Below are positions 1-10,142 of a DNA stretch of 64,000 bases, piece after piece (the first letter of the stretch is position 1; each line of letters begins with the position of its first letter). The notes under the pieces were generated by a model, which saw only the letters and a list, made by a program, of their open reading frames with translations, had not been told where the DNA came from and made no database searches. This stretch comes from Lachnospiraceae bacterium (lineage in GTDB: Bacteria > Bacillota > Clostridia > Lachnospirales > Lachnospiraceae), in contig JAEEVO010000001.1 of the NCBI GenBank assembly GCA_016290905.1, forward strand, positions 61,412-125,411, in the 5' to 3' direction. Position numbers and translations under genes: made by a program.

Positions 1-698
1 TTTTTAAAGACGCCTCTCGAAAAATATATTTTCTTATGATCGGAATGAAATCTGACACCGGAGGCTATTTTGTCAAACATATTAAGATACTCAGCCGAAT
101 AATAGTCGTTGGTCCGATAAGACGGCTCCGGAATGATCAGTTTCTCGAATGACGTCACCTTATTTATGAACACTATCCTTCTTTCATCTATCCCGTAAAG
201 CTGCAAAAACCTTTTTATATTCGGTATAAATGAAAACTCCTGTCCCTGCTTTACAAGGAAAACAAGCTTTGCGGAACTGTCGGCTTCGGAGACATACCAG
301 AGTCTGGTCGAAAAATCTATAAGGAAATGTCCCCAGTGATTGTGAACGAACCCGAGGTATACTGACTCACCCTTTAACTCATCCATTACTGCGTTTAAAT
401 CGGTTTTATATCCGGCACCCATATAAACTTCGGGCTTGGTTTCGGAGTCATACTCGGTTTTGATCCTATTTCCCCTGGAATAAATGCCGGATGCGGGAAC
501 AAACTTTCCGTCACGATCCAGAACGCCACCGCGTCCCATAAGATATTTGCTGTCGGTCTTCTTTACCGGAAGCAGATACCCGTGTTCCACGGTAACTGTC
601 TTAAGTCTATTCTTAAAACGGAGTTTTCTTGAAGAAAGTACTTCGTATCTATCCTTCATACAATCGTATATATATTCGGTATTGATCTTGTTACTCAC
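1..698 (-). CDS. Glycosyltransferase, GT61/DUF563-like (partial; 3' end runs off the window start)
   Basis: Absent from the ORF track because no stop lies inside the window. My own minus-strand translation from GTG 698 (or ATG 659) reads VSNKINTEYIYDCMKDRYEV...ESVYLGFVHNHWGHFLIDFSTRLWY...EKLIIPEPSY. The HxWGHFLxD core is typical of DUF563/GT61 polysaccharide glycosyltransferases. GTGA overlap with the stop of the upstream GT2 gene. Confidence 0.55.
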   Translation of the reverse strand, partial: MSNKINTEYIYDCMKDRYEVLSSRKLRFKNRLKTVTVEHGYLLPVKKTDSKYLMGRGGVLDRDGKFVPASGIYSRGNRIKTEYDSETKPEVYMGAGYKTDLNAVMDELKGESVYLGFVHNHWGHFLIDFSTRLWYVSEADSSAKLVFLVKQGQEFSFIPNIKRFLQLYGIDERRIVFINKVTSFEKLIIPEPSYRTNDYYSAEYLNMFDKIASGVRFHSDHKKIYFSRGVFK

Positions 699-1570
699 AG
701 CTTTTCACCCCTGATATTCTCGACAAACTGATATTTTTTTATCAGTTTAACAAGTACTTTCTGTGCCTTTATATGACGGATGAAGCTTTCCTTCGTCATC
801 TTCTTCCCACTGAGTGCCGTCGCAGCCCCTTCCTTGTGGAATATCCTTATCTCGGGATCGTAGATGCTTTTTAGGTTACTCTTCATCAGTCTGATGAATA
901 GTATTTCTTCCTCCGCATACATAAAGGTTAAATGCGCCAGACCTTTAAATCTCTTTATATAATCCCTTGAAAAAATAAGGAAACATCCGTGGAGCGTGAC
1001 ATTTTTCCAACCGCAGGAGTAAGCTTCGTCATTTTCTTTCTGAGTTCCGGGAGTATCCTTGCTCCTGAACCTTTCGTATGCTGAATACAGGCTTCCCAGA
1101 TAATATTTTAGGTACAGCCTGAAAATCCTTCCTTTAGCGAACTTAAGATCGGGAGGCAGAGTTCTGCAGCCCGTATGTCCGTTATCCGGATTCTCTATTG
1201 CGGGACCGAGTACAGCGAAGCCGTATTTCTCGTAGTCTTCTTCAACCTTCCGGTAGAAATCGGGGCTTTTTACCTCTATATCATTGTTGGAAAGGATTAT
1301 AAAGTCATAGCCCTGTTTTTTAAGCTCTCTGAAGCCGACGTTGTTTCCAGCGGAAAAGCCTAAGTTTTCATGGTTTAAAATGAAAGAAACATGCTCTCTG
1401 TCTTTATAGTCTCTAATAAGCTTTTCAGTGCTGCCGTTTTCTGAAGCGTTATCTACAACGACTATTTTAACGTCCCTGCCTTCCGCGGGGAGGCAAAGGA
1501 TTGAATCTATGGTTTCTTTTGTTTCTTCATACGTTTTATAATGTAGGACTACAAATCCGAAGCTGTACAT
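695..1570 (-). CDS. Glycosyltransferase family 2
   Basis: 291 aa ORF. N-terminal FGFVVLHYKTYEET...VVVDNASENGS and NLGFSAGNN motifs are typical of GT-A fold GT2 enzymes. Directly abuts the upstream gene (1570/1571). Confidence 0.8.
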   Translation of the reverse strand: MYSFGFVVLHYKTYEETKETIDSILCLPAEGRDVKIVVVDNASENGSTEKLIRDYKDREHVSFILNHENLGFSAGNNVGFRELKKQGYDFIILSNNDIEVKSPDFYRKVEEDYEKYGFAVLGPAIENPDNGHTGCRTLPPDLKFAKGRIFRLYLKYYLGSLYSAYERFRSKDTPGTQKENDEAYSCGWKNVTLHGCFLIFSRDYIKRFKGLAHLTFMYAEEEILFIRLMKSNLKSIYDPEIRIFHKEGAATALSGKKMTKESFIRHIKAQKVLVKLIKKYQFVENIRGEKL

Positions 1571-2584
1571 TTATGCCATTCCTTTCGCTATGAGCAGTGC
1601 CGGTATATACATATGAGTTTTCAACAGGAAAAGATAAACCTTAATGGATAAGGGCAGACCGTCAAACCTAAGCTTTTTCTGTATCCGGTATTTTTTTAAC
1701 TCTCCGGATACAAATCTGTAAATCCCGAGATAATCTTTCCTGTATCTCATTTCTCTTACTATCGATACTATAAGCCTTTCGGTAATAAAAGCATTGGCGC
1801 CCTTTTTCCCGTCCTGTAAAAGATTTTCGGGAAGTGTCTTTAGTTTTTTATATAATAATTTAGCACACATCGCGGTATTTAGAAAATAATCGTTGCGATA
1901 ATCGGATGTTGCCGAAGACCCTTTGACATAAATATATCTTACGGCAGAACTTTTGTATAGGGACTGAGCCTGCGATACTGCCAAGAAAACGCTTATGGCG
2001 TCCTCAAACAGTTTGAGTTTTCTGTTTTTTACAAGGGTTTTTGAAATAAGATCCTTTTTCCAGACCTTATTCCACAAAAAACCGTCTATGACGGGCTGTC
2101 TGAAATGGTTTTGCCTGAAATCATGGAAAACATATGGAAATATTTCATTTTCTATCTGTTTCCTGTCATAATATCCGGGCGCAAGTTTCTGTCCGGCGAA
2201 TGCTCTTTTGCCGTTTTCCTCGGAACAATGGTCAAAAACCAACATATCGGGACGGTTTACGGATATGTCTGAAAGCACTTCGTCAACAGCGTCCTCACAC
2301 AGCAGGTCATCGGAGTCGACGAACCAGATATACTCTCCGTAAGATTCCGACAGTCCAAGCTTTCTGGCAGCTACAACTCCGCCATGTTCCGGATAAAGGC
2401 ATTTGACGTAAGGATATCTTTGTGACAGATCCTGCATAGCCTCTTTTGTTCCGTCCTCAGATCCGTCATCGATCACTATCACCTCGATGGCATCACTGTC
2501 CTTGACAGCTATGCTTTTTACACAGTTAACTATGCCTGAAGCGTTATTGTATACAGGGATGATAATTGACAGTCTTTTTTTCAT
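1571..2584 (-). CDS. Glycosyltransferase family 2
   Basis: The ORF track gives 1571..2644. The internal Met at 2584 gives the canonical GT2 N-terminus MKKRLSIIIPVYNNASGI...VIVIDDGSEDGT and a later DSDD motif. Confidence 0.8.
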   Translation of the reverse strand: MKKRLSIIIPVYNNASGIVNCVKSIAVKDSDAIEVIVIDDGSEDGTKEAMQDLSQRYPYVKCLYPEHGGVVAARKLGLSESYGEYIWFVDSDDLLCEDAVDEVLSDISVNRPDMLVFDHCSEENGKRAFAGQKLAPGYYDRKQIENEIFPYVFHDFRQNHFRQPVIDGFLWNKVWKKDLISKTLVKNRKLKLFEDAISVFLAVSQAQSLYKSSAVRYIYVKGSSATSDYRNDYFLNTAMCAKLLYKKLKTLPENLLQDGKKGANAFITERLIVSIVREMRYRKDYLGIYRFVSGELKKYRIQKKLRFDGLPLSIKVYLFLLKTHMYIPALLIAKGMA

Positions 2585-2782
2585 GCAGATACTCCTTGCG
2601 CTGTTGCCGAATTTTTTATGCCCGTATGCTGTTGACGGATCCAAGCCACGCAGAATCCTTAAGGCTTTGTCTATAGGTATATTTTATTATTTTTCCGACA
2701 ATAAATCAAGTAAATTTTGGGATAGGATTGTATTTATAAATAAAATATGATAATGTGATAGTATCGTTTTTTAGCAGAAAAC

Positions 2783-2803
2783 AAAAAGCCCCCATATTGG
2801 GGC
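2783..2803 (-). terminator. Intrinsic terminator downstream of the XRE regulator gene
   Basis: The minus strand reads GCCCCAATATGGGGC followed by TTTTTGTTTT, about 30 nt after the stop at 2835. Confidence 0.5.
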
Positions 2804-2834
2804 AGACACAATACTTGAAGGGAAAACAAAACGA

Positions 2835-3182
2835 TTATTTATGAGAAGCATCATAGAGGCCTTGAGCATAAGTGAGTAAAAGTTCAATCTGCTTGTTGTC
2901 CATGGTTTGAGTGAGTTCAAAAAGAAGCTTTTCCTTAAGGGTTTTAATGAATTCATCATTTTTGGGATCGGAAATGTCGGCAAAGAAATCACTTAGGGTT
3001 ATTCCAAATCCTTTGCAGATGGTATCAAGAGTATCCAGCTTGGGCATGGTGCGACGCTGCATCATAGTATACAAACTTGTATGAGGGAGATTGCAGACGT
3101 CAGCAAGCTTATAGAGGCTCCAGTGTTTTTCGTCAAGAAGCACTTTTATTCTTTCGAGTACAACATCAACATCTATGGTCAT
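2835..3182 (-). CDS. XRE-family helix-turn-helix transcriptional regulator
   Basis: 115 aa. HWSLYKLADVCNLPHTSLYTMMQRRTMPKLDTLDTICKGFGITLSDFF is a classic Cro/C1-type HTH. Confidence 0.8.
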   Translation of the reverse strand: MTIDVDVVLERIKVLLDEKHWSLYKLADVCNLPHTSLYTMMQRRTMPKLDTLDTICKGFGITLSDFFADISDPKNDEFIKTLKEKLLFELTQTMDNKQIELLLTYAQGLYDASHK

Positions 3183-3443
3183 AAAGCAAGTCCTCTCTTT
3201 AATACAATAGTAAATCTATAATGTTATTTTATTCCAATACGGGCAGAAAAAATATTGCGAGTATGAGTAATAGCAATACGCAACAGCGCAATATAGAAAA
3301 ATACTATATAAATGATAGCATTCTGTCAAGACCAAGTTACCGGAGTAACAGAAAAATATGACTCCGGTAACTTAACAGGACACCCCAAATCTGTTAAAAT
3401 CCGATTATGCAATTCGGATTTAACAAAATAAAGGAGACCGCTC

Positions 3444-3842
3444 ATGAAAAAAATCACAGTATTTCTACTCGTATTATTTACGATCACATCCGTACTTACA
3501 GGGTGCGGGAAATATATCTCCAGCTGGAATGCTTTTTGTATGGTGCAGACAAACACGTCGAAAAAGGCAAGCATGTCTTTTTCAACATTCGAAGGAACGA
3601 TGGTAATGACTCTCAAACCCGACAAAGAGAAAAATGAAAATATTGCATATACGGCCAAGCTGGAAAAAGGAAGTGCCACGGTATACTATGACCATAACGG
3701 TACCAAAACAGAACTCTTCTCTATAAAAGCGGGAGGTGAGATTAGTTCTGTTGTTGAGAACTTTGAAAACGAAAAAGTATACCTAATAATAGAATCAAAT
3801 GAAAAGTGCGAAGAGGGTAAGCTGACGTTTGAGGTGGAGTAA
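3444..3842 (+). CDS. Small lipoprotein, function unknown
   Basis: 132 aa. Signal peptide MKKITVFLLVLFTITSVLTGC with an L-T-G-C lipobox. AAAGGAG RBS 8 nt upstream. Confidence 0.6.
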   Translation: MKKITVFLLVLFTITSVLTGCGKYISSWNAFCMVQTNTSKKASMSFSTFEGTMVMTLKPDKEKNENIAYTAKLEKGSATVYYDHNGTKTELFSIKAGGEISSVVENFENEKVYLIIESNEKCEEGKLTFEVE

Positions 3843-3963
3843 ACCGATCGGGCAGAGTATTACTTAAACGGAGATGCGGAGTGTCGATTTGTTAACTAAT
3901 AAACGCTGAAGGCTTTTAAAAGTGACATTGACGATCAATATGGAAGAAGGTGCATGTGATCAT

Positions 3964-5133
3964 ATGAGACGGGAGAAGACGTTTTTACATTTGGGAGATC
4001 TGCATTTGGGGAAATCATTGTGTGATTTTGATCTTACAGACGATCAAAAGTATATTCTTGACAGAATTTTGGAAATAGCGGATAAGGAAGCCGTAGACGG
4101 CATGCTTATAGCAGGGGATGTATTTGATAAGTCCATCCCCAGCGAAGCCGCAACAAATCTTCTGGATTATTTCTTAAACGAGCTTTCAAAAAGAAATATT
4201 AAAGTGTTTATGGTGAGCGGAAATCATGATTCGGATGACCGGCTGAATTATGGCAGCTCCTTGTTTGAATCCAATAATATTTTTATCTCGGCCGTATTTG
4301 ACGGGAAGCTTCACAAGCAAAGTGTTTGTGCCGCAGATGTGAATATTGACATATATATGCTTCCGTTTGTTAAGGCTTCGCAGGTGAGACATTATTATCC
4401 CGACGAGGTTATTGAATCTTATGATGACGCGGTAAGGATCATCCTGAAAAATACTCATTTGGATAAAACACATAAGAATATACTTGTCGCACACCAGTTT
4501 GTTGCGGGCTTAGACGGGGATCCCGTACTGGGCGGTTCGGAAGGCATAGGAACCCGGAGCGTTGGTCTGGTTGAGAAGATAGGGTATGACAGTTTTGGTG
4601 ACTTTGATTATGTTGCGTTAGGTCATATCCACTCGCCGCAAAGGATAGGAAGGGACACGGTCCGATACTCGGGGTCTCCTTTAAAGTATTCCTTAAGTGA
4701 GGTTGATAATGAAAAGTCCGTACCGCTGATAAAGGTATCGGAAGAGGAAAAGATAAAGATTGAACTCATTCCATTAAAACCTAAGCGGGACATGAGGCAC
4801 TTAAAAGGTCCTATGAAGGAACTGCTAGACAAAAAGAATGTTAAGTCTCCGGAAGATTTTATCTATGTGACACTGACGGATGAGGATATTGTTAATGATT
4901 CAATGGGTATCTTCCGGCAGACATACCCTAATACGTTAAAGATAGATTATGATAATTCACATACAAGGGAGATTGAGCAGGTAGATATTTCGAAGATTGC
5001 GGAAAACAGGTCTTTCACCGATCTGATCGGTGATTTCTACAGGCAGATGTATGGATGTGAGATATCCGAAGAGGAACTGGATGTCATGAGGACAGCAGCA
5101 AGAGAGGCAGGTGTTATAAATGAAGCCGATTAA
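3964..5133 (+). CDS. sbcD: Exonuclease SbcCD, nuclease subunit D (Mre11-type metallophosphoesterase)
   Basis: The internal Met at 3964 gives MRREKTFLHLGDLHLGK. GDVFD, SGNHD and GHIH metallophosphatase motifs are present. Overlaps the downstream sbcC by 14 nt. Confidence 0.9.
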   Translation: MRREKTFLHLGDLHLGKSLCDFDLTDDQKYILDRILEIADKEAVDGMLIAGDVFDKSIPSEAATNLLDYFLNELSKRNIKVFMVSGNHDSDDRLNYGSSLFESNNIFISAVFDGKLHKQSVCAADVNIDIYMLPFVKASQVRHYYPDEVIESYDDAVRIILKNTHLDKTHKNILVAHQFVAGLDGDPVLGGSEGIGTRSVGLVEKIGYDSFGDFDYVALGHIHSPQRIGRDTVRYSGSPLKYSLSEVDNEKSVPLIKVSEEEKIKIELIPLKPKRDMRHLKGPMKELLDKKNVKSPEDFIYVTLTDEDIVNDSMGIFRQTYPNTLKIDYDNSHTREIEQVDISKIAENRSFTDLIGDFYRQMYGCEISEEELDVMRTAAREAGVINEAD

Positions 5134-8100
5134 ACTGATCATAAGTGCCATAGGTCCATACGCGGGAAGGGTGCCGGATATAAATTTTTCCGAGTTTGAA
5201 GAAAAAGGCCTTTTTTTAATATCAGGAGATACCGGTGCAGGCAAAACCACGATTTTTGACGCCATCTGCTTTGCATTATACGGTTCTACCAGCGGATCGT
5301 ACAGGGATACAAAGAACTTAAGGAGCGAATATGCCGATGATTCTGTCCAAAGCTATGTGGATTTCTATTTTTCACATCAGGGAAAAGAGTATCATGTGTA
5401 CCGGGAGCCTTCTTATGAAAGAAAGAAACAGCGCGGCACAGGAGTCGTAGAGGTAAAGGAAAAAGCGGTTTTCTATGAAGCGGGCCGGACTCCGACAGAG
5501 GGACTCACACAGGTTCGAAATGCCGTTGAGGAGCTGCTTCACATTAACGAGAAGCAGTTTAAGCAGATAGTTATGATAGCGCAGGGAGAATTCTGGGACC
5601 TGCTTAATGCAAAGACCGATCAGAGGACAGAAATCCTGCGAACTATCTTTCAGACAGGCGGGTTTAAGAATATTGAATACAGACTAAAGGACAGAATGGA
5701 CAGAGCCGGCGGTACAAGGATCGGCGCTGAGAAGAGCATCATCCAGTATTTTGAAGATGTTACGGCAAGCGAAGAAGATAATATGTGTGATGAACTGGAA
5801 GGGCTTAAGGAAAGAGCCGGACGGTCGTCAAGCGCATGGAATATCGATGAAATGATAAATATCATGGAAAGCCTGATCGGTTCTGACAAAGAAAAGCTTG
5901 CCGTGATAAAGAAGGAATTAAAAGATGCCGAGACAGACCTTAATAAACATAATGATGAACTTGCTACAGCGGAGACGAATAATGCCTTTATAGAAAAAAG
6001 GGACAGATTATTGCTGGAGAAAGACGTACTTGCGGAGAAAAAAGCGGGGATGGATGAAAAAATCCGGATTCTTGACAGGCAGAAGAAGGCTGTCAGAAAT
6101 GTGAAACCGCCGTATGATTCATGGATAAATAAAAGCAAGGAAGTTGAGAATACAAAAATTAAGCTTGAAAAGTCTGAAGAAGCTGCTAGGAAAGCCAAAA
6201 CAGAAGCGGAAGTCAAAAAAGCAGCGCTTGAGAGTGCAAAAAAGCTTGAATCGGAAGCCGAAGAATTGAAAAAAACGATTGCAAGGATTGATGACGAAGA
6301 GCAGAAATACAGGCAGAAGGATGAGCTGGAAGGACGCTTAAAGAAGCTTAAGGAAGAGGAAGAGGCAATCGCCGCTGAAGAAAAAAATTTAACAGAAAAA
6401 GAAAATCGGCTTAATGAAAGAATAAAAACACTCAGAATGACGGTAAAAGAACTGAAGGATAGACCTCAGGAGCTTACACTGGCTAGGGGTGAGAAAGAAA
6501 AGATCGGTAATCTTTTATCGGATATGGATGAGCTTGTTAACATCCAAATCCCGGAAAGTGACGGAAGGAAAAAGAAGCTGGAAAAGGAACAGAAAGCTTT
6601 TCTTGATGCCAGAAATAAATATGATGAGGCAAGCATGAAAAGCAAGGAAGCTGAACGTATATTGGAGGACAGCCGTGCAGGTCTTCTTGCGCGTAGGCTT
6701 GTAGAAGGTGAGAAGTGTCCGGTATGCGGGTCGGTTCATCATCCCGAGCCCGCTAAGCTTGCGGATGCTTCTGTTACAGAGGATGAGTTTAAGGCTCTTC
6801 AGGAGGAAGAAGCGGATTTACTTAAGAAAAAGAACGAAGCCAATACTTCTGCGGAGAAAGCAAAGACATCGCTGGAAGAATTTGAAAGCCGGCTCAGAGT
6901 GAACATCTTAAACTGTATTGAATCTCCGCTTCTGGATATGCCGACGGAAGGTCTTGGCCCGCAAGAGTTATTGGAAGCTCTGGAAGAAGGCAGGGCAAAA
7001 GTCGGACTTCTTTCTTCCGATAATGAGAAAAAGTGCATAGCTCTCGAAAAAGACTGCAACACGCTAAAGCGTGCCGAAAATGAGCTTGAAAAAGCTTTGG
7101 GTACGGAAACAGATCATCTGAATTCGGAAAAAGAGAAGCTGGGTAACAGAAAATCAGTGATAAGGGATAAAATAACCAGTGACAGTGCTACCTTAAGAAC
7201 CCTTCAGAAATTGAGTTATCCCGATTGGAGTACGGCTGAGCAGGAAAGGAAACATGCCGATACCCGCAAGGATAAGATACTGGAAGATATCAGAAAGGCT
7301 GAGGAAGATAATAAGACGGCCGACAGCCGGGTTACCGCATTCTTATCCGAGAAAAAAACATTGGAAGAAAGTTTAGGACAACAGGTACGGGATGAAGAAG
7401 CCTTAAAGAAAAAACTGGATACTGCTGTTGTTTCCAATTCGTTTTCGTCCGTAGAGGATATGCTATTATTTGTAATTAGCGAAAAGGATATCTCATTGTC
7501 GGAGAAGGAGATAAATGAGTATGATCAGGCTGTCGCAACAAACAGGCAGAAGCTGTCCGATGCCGAAGCGGATGCGAAAGGCAGGGAAATAAAGGATATT
7601 GAAGCACTTAAGGTTTTGTGCAATGAGAAAAACGCTAATGTGACTTCAATAAGAAAAAAATATAACTACTGTGAAAACAGGTTAAATACTAACAGGGAAA
7701 AACAGAAGAGTATTCTTGAAAAAAGGGAAGAGTTTGAAAAAGCGGGAAAAGAATATAATATCTGTCGCAGGCTTTATGATCTGGTCAAAGGCACTACCGG
7801 AAACGGAAAGATCACTCTTGAGCAGTATATACAGGCAGCAGGGTTTGACGGCATCATTGCCGCAGCCAACAGGAGATTGCTGCCTATGAGCGACGGTCAG
7901 TATGAGCTATACCGTCAGGAAGATTCTCTTGGAAAAAAGAGTAACAATTTCCTTGATCTTGAAGTGCTGGACAATTATACCGGGCACAGGAGACCTGTGG
8001 GAAATCTCTCCGGCGGCGAAAGCTTTAAGGCGTCTTTGAGTCTGGCATTGGGGCTTTCGGATACTGTTTCGGCCAATCTTGGCGGTGTACAGATGGATGC

Positions 8101-8311
8101 CCTCTTTGTCGATGAAGGCTTTGGAACGCTTGACCGCAAATCGATAGATAATGCTATGGAGATACTTATGAACCTGACCGGAAGCAATAAGCTTGTCGGA
8201 ATTATCAGCCATAGGGAAGAGCTGATGGAAAGCATTCCGCAGCAGATCAAAGTCAGGAAAACAAAGACCGGCAGCCTGATTGCCGTTGAAGGCGGGAATA
8301 GGGGAAGCTGA
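5120..8311 (+). CDS. sbcC: Exonuclease SbcCD, ATPase subunit C (Rad50/SMC-like)
   Basis: 1063 aa. Walker A GDTGAGKTT, a long K/E-rich coiled coil, the central zinc hook EGEKCPVCGSVHH, signature LSGGESF and Walker B LFVDEGFGTLD. Confidence 0.9.
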   Translation: MKPIKLIISAIGPYAGRVPDINFSEFEEKGLFLISGDTGAGKTTIFDAICFALYGSTSGSYRDTKNLRSEYADDSVQSYVDFYFSHQGKEYHVYREPSYERKKQRGTGVVEVKEKAVFYEAGRTPTEGLTQVRNAVEELLHINEKQFKQIVMIAQGEFWDLLNAKTDQRTEILRTIFQTGGFKNIEYRLKDRMDRAGGTRIGAEKSIIQYFEDVTASEEDNMCDELEGLKERAGRSSSAWNIDEMINIMESLIGSDKEKLAVIKKELKDAETDLNKHNDELATAETNNAFIEKRDRLLLEKDVLAEKKAGMDEKIRILDRQKKAVRNVKPPYDSWINKSKEVENTKIKLEKSEEAARKAKTEAEVKKAALESAKKLESEAEELKKTIARIDDEEQKYRQKDELEGRLKKLKEEEEAIAAEEKNLTEKENRLNERIKTLRMTVKELKDRPQELTLARGEKEKIGNLLSDMDELVNIQIPESDGRKKKLEKEQKAFLDARNKYDEASMKSKEAERILEDSRAGLLARRLVEGEKCPVCGSVHHPEPAKLADASVTEDEFKALQEEEADLLKKKNEANTSAEKAKTSLEEFESRLRVNILNCIESPLLDMPTEGLGPQELLEALEEGRAKVGLLSSDNEKKCIALEKDCNTLKRAENELEKALGTETDHLNSEKEKLGNRKSVIRDKITSDSATLRTLQKLSYPDWSTAEQERKHADTRKDKILEDIRKAEEDNKTADSRVTAFLSEKKTLEESLGQQVRDEEALKKKLDTAVVSNSFSSVEDMLLFVISEKDISLSEKEINEYDQAVATNRQKLSDAEADAKGREIKDIEALKVLCNEKNANVTSIRKKYNYCENRLNTNREKQKSILEKREEFEKAGKEYNICRRLYDLVKGTTGNGKITLEQYIQAAGFDGIIAAANRRLLPMSDGQYELYRQEDSLGKKSNNFLDLEVLDNYTGHRRPVGNLSGGESFKASLSLALGLSDTVSANLGGVQMDALFVDEGFGTLDRKSIDNAMEILMNLTGSNKLVGIISHREELMESIPQQIKVRKTKTGSLIAVEGGNRGS

Positions 8312-8348
8312 TGGTATTATGTAATGCGGATAAGAAGGAGTTTATTGT

Positions 8349-9053
8349 TTGATGACAAGTTATTCGGCGGCGCTTTCGCACGATCTGTTTGAAGTGACGT
8401 CTGACTTCAGAAATTATTATGGAGGTTCGCAGTTCCTGTATCCTACGGAGAGGGAAAGAACAAGCGGCTGCGGGATAGCGGGAGCTGCGGACATAGTTCT
8501 GTATCTGAGAGCCTTGGAGACGGGAGATTACTCTGTTTCGGTACAGGAGTTTCTGGATATAAGCGGAGAAATACGAAAGTATATCCCTATTATACCCGGA
8601 CGCGGAGTGAATTCATTTATTCTGGCAGGAGGACTTAACCGATATTTTAAAAAACATGGCATGGGACTAAAGGCAAGATGGAAGATTACAAGATTCCGTA
8701 AATGGGAGAAGCTTGAAAAAATGCTTGAGGCTGATCTGCCGGTCATCCTGGCCATAGGAAACAATTTCCCGTTTGTCTGGGGCAGAAAGGAACTTAATCT
8801 TTATATCCCCGATGCCGACTCCAAAGACCGGGAAGAGAAGGTTTACAATAAATATCAGGGTGTCTGCGGGCATTTTGTTGTTGTGACAGGGATCGAGGAC
8901 AACTGCTTGACCGTTTCGTCATGGGGCAAAAAGCTTTTCATTAATCTGGATGAATATAACAGATATGTTTCGAGACACAGCATTCATATTTACAGTAACA
9001 TACTTGAAATCAAAAGAAGAGATAGAAAATTGGGCAGAAGTGAATTTACCTGA
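8349..9053 (+). CDS. Hypothetical papain-fold (C39-like/BtrH-like) cysteine peptidase
   Basis: 234 aa. Candidate nucleophile in TSGCGIAGAADIVLYL and candidate His in GVCGHFVVVTG, spaced as in C39-like peptidase domains. Motif-level call only. Confidence 0.4.
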   Translation: MMTSYSAALSHDLFEVTSDFRNYYGGSQFLYPTERERTSGCGIAGAADIVLYLRALETGDYSVSVQEFLDISGEIRKYIPIIPGRGVNSFILAGGLNRYFKKHGMGLKARWKITRFRKWEKLEKMLEADLPVILAIGNNFPFVWGRKELNLYIPDADSKDREEKVYNKYQGVCGHFVVVTGIEDNCLTVSSWGKKLFINLDEYNRYVSRHSIHIYSNILEIKRRDRKLGRSEFT

Positions 9054-9077
9054 CAGTGGATACAAAAAAGAAAACGC

Positions 9078-9106
9078 TTGTATTTTAAGGGAAAAGAGTT
9101 TATAAT
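9078..9106 (+). promoter_or_regulatory. SigA-type promoter candidate for cysE
   Basis: TTGTAT, 17 nt spacer, TATAAT, about 55 nt upstream of the cysE start. Confidence 0.4.
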
Positions 9107-9161
9107 TGCTTTGATCATACTGTTGTTTTGAAATAAGAATATATTGGTTAGGAGCATGGAT

Positions 9162-10082
9162 ATGGGACAGGCAGTCGATACCGAGATAAGCAAAGTAGTC
9201 AATATGATACTTGCCGATTACGAGGATGACAGGAACATAAACAGGACGGATATAAATAATCAGCCCGACAAACAGGCGATAGTCGACATTGTCGACAAAC
9301 TTATGAAAATCATGTATCCGGGTTATTACAGTGACAAGGTATACAAAATCTACAGTCTGGCAAACAACCTGCCCGCAACGATAGAAGATATCATATTCCA
9401 TTTGAACAAACAGATAGTAATAGTATTAAAATACTGTTGCAAAGACAGATACAAAGACGATCAGGAGATAGAGGCTGAAGCAAGGAAGACGACTCTTGAA
9501 TTCATGGGAAGGATCCCTTATATAAGAGGAATCCTTGAAACGGACGTTGAAGCCGCATACGAAGGGGATCCTGCGGCTGAAAGCAGGGACGAGATCATAC
9601 TTTCATATCCCGGTCTTTTTGCCATATCCATATATCGGATAGCTCACGAACTTTTCCTGTTAAAGGTTCCGATGATCCCGAGAATAATGACGGAGTATGC
9701 TCACGGTATCACAGGCATAGACATACATCCGGGTGCAACCATAGGTAACTATTTCTTTATAGATCACGGTACAGGCATAGTCATAGGAGAAACGACAGAG
9801 ATAGGCGAGCATTGCAAGATTTATCAGGGAGTGACGCTGGGCGGCCTTTCCACAAGGGGTGGTCAGGCATTGAGAGGCAAAAAGAGACATCCTACCATAG
9901 GTAACAATGTCACTATCTACTCGGGCGCTTCAATCCTCGGCGGCGAAACATATATAGGTGATGATGTGGTAGTCGGCGGAAACACTTTTATTGTTAACTC
10001 GGTGGAAAAGGGAACAAGGGTCAGCGCAAAGCTGCAGGAACTTAAATACAGTAATTCCGGAGAAAACCACAAAAACGGATGA
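9162..10082 (+). CDS. cysE: Serine O-acetyltransferase (long-form)
   Basis: Hexapeptide-repeat core HPGATIGNYFFIDHGTGIVIGETTEIGEHCKIYQGVTLGG...HPTIGNNVTIYSGASILGG. The ORF track starts at a TTG (9144). ATG 9162 lies 8 nt after a TAGGAG RBS. Confidence 0.85.
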   Translation: MGQAVDTEISKVVNMILADYEDDRNINRTDINNQPDKQAIVDIVDKLMKIMYPGYYSDKVYKIYSLANNLPATIEDIIFHLNKQIVIVLKYCCKDRYKDDQEIEAEARKTTLEFMGRIPYIRGILETDVEAAYEGDPAAESRDEIILSYPGLFAISIYRIAHELFLLKVPMIPRIMTEYAHGITGIDIHPGATIGNYFFIDHGTGIVIGETTEIGEHCKIYQGVTLGGLSTRGGQALRGKKRHPTIGNNVTIYSGASILGGETYIGDDVVVGGNTFIVNSVEKGTRVSAKLQELKYSNSGENHKNG

Positions 10083-10090
10083 CTTTATAC

Positions 10091-10127
10091 GGACCGCTTT
10101 CGGCTTTACAGCCGGGGCGGTCTTTTT
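10091..10127 (+). terminator. Intrinsic terminator of cysE
   Basis: GGACCGC...GCGGTC stem with an inner CGGCT/AGCCG pairing, followed by TTTTT. Begins 9 nt after the stop. Confidence 0.6.
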
Positions 10128-10142
10128 GTGCGATAAGCGAAT

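Noticed and set aside
484-714. A 76-aa + strand ORF
   Set aside because: It is antisense to the partial GT61/DUF563-like gene that runs off the window edge.
8919-9401. A 160-aa minus-strand ORF
   Set aside because: It overlaps the 3' end of the peptidase-like gene, the cysE promoter and the cysE 5' end. Its I/Y/F-rich composition marks it as a shadow frame.
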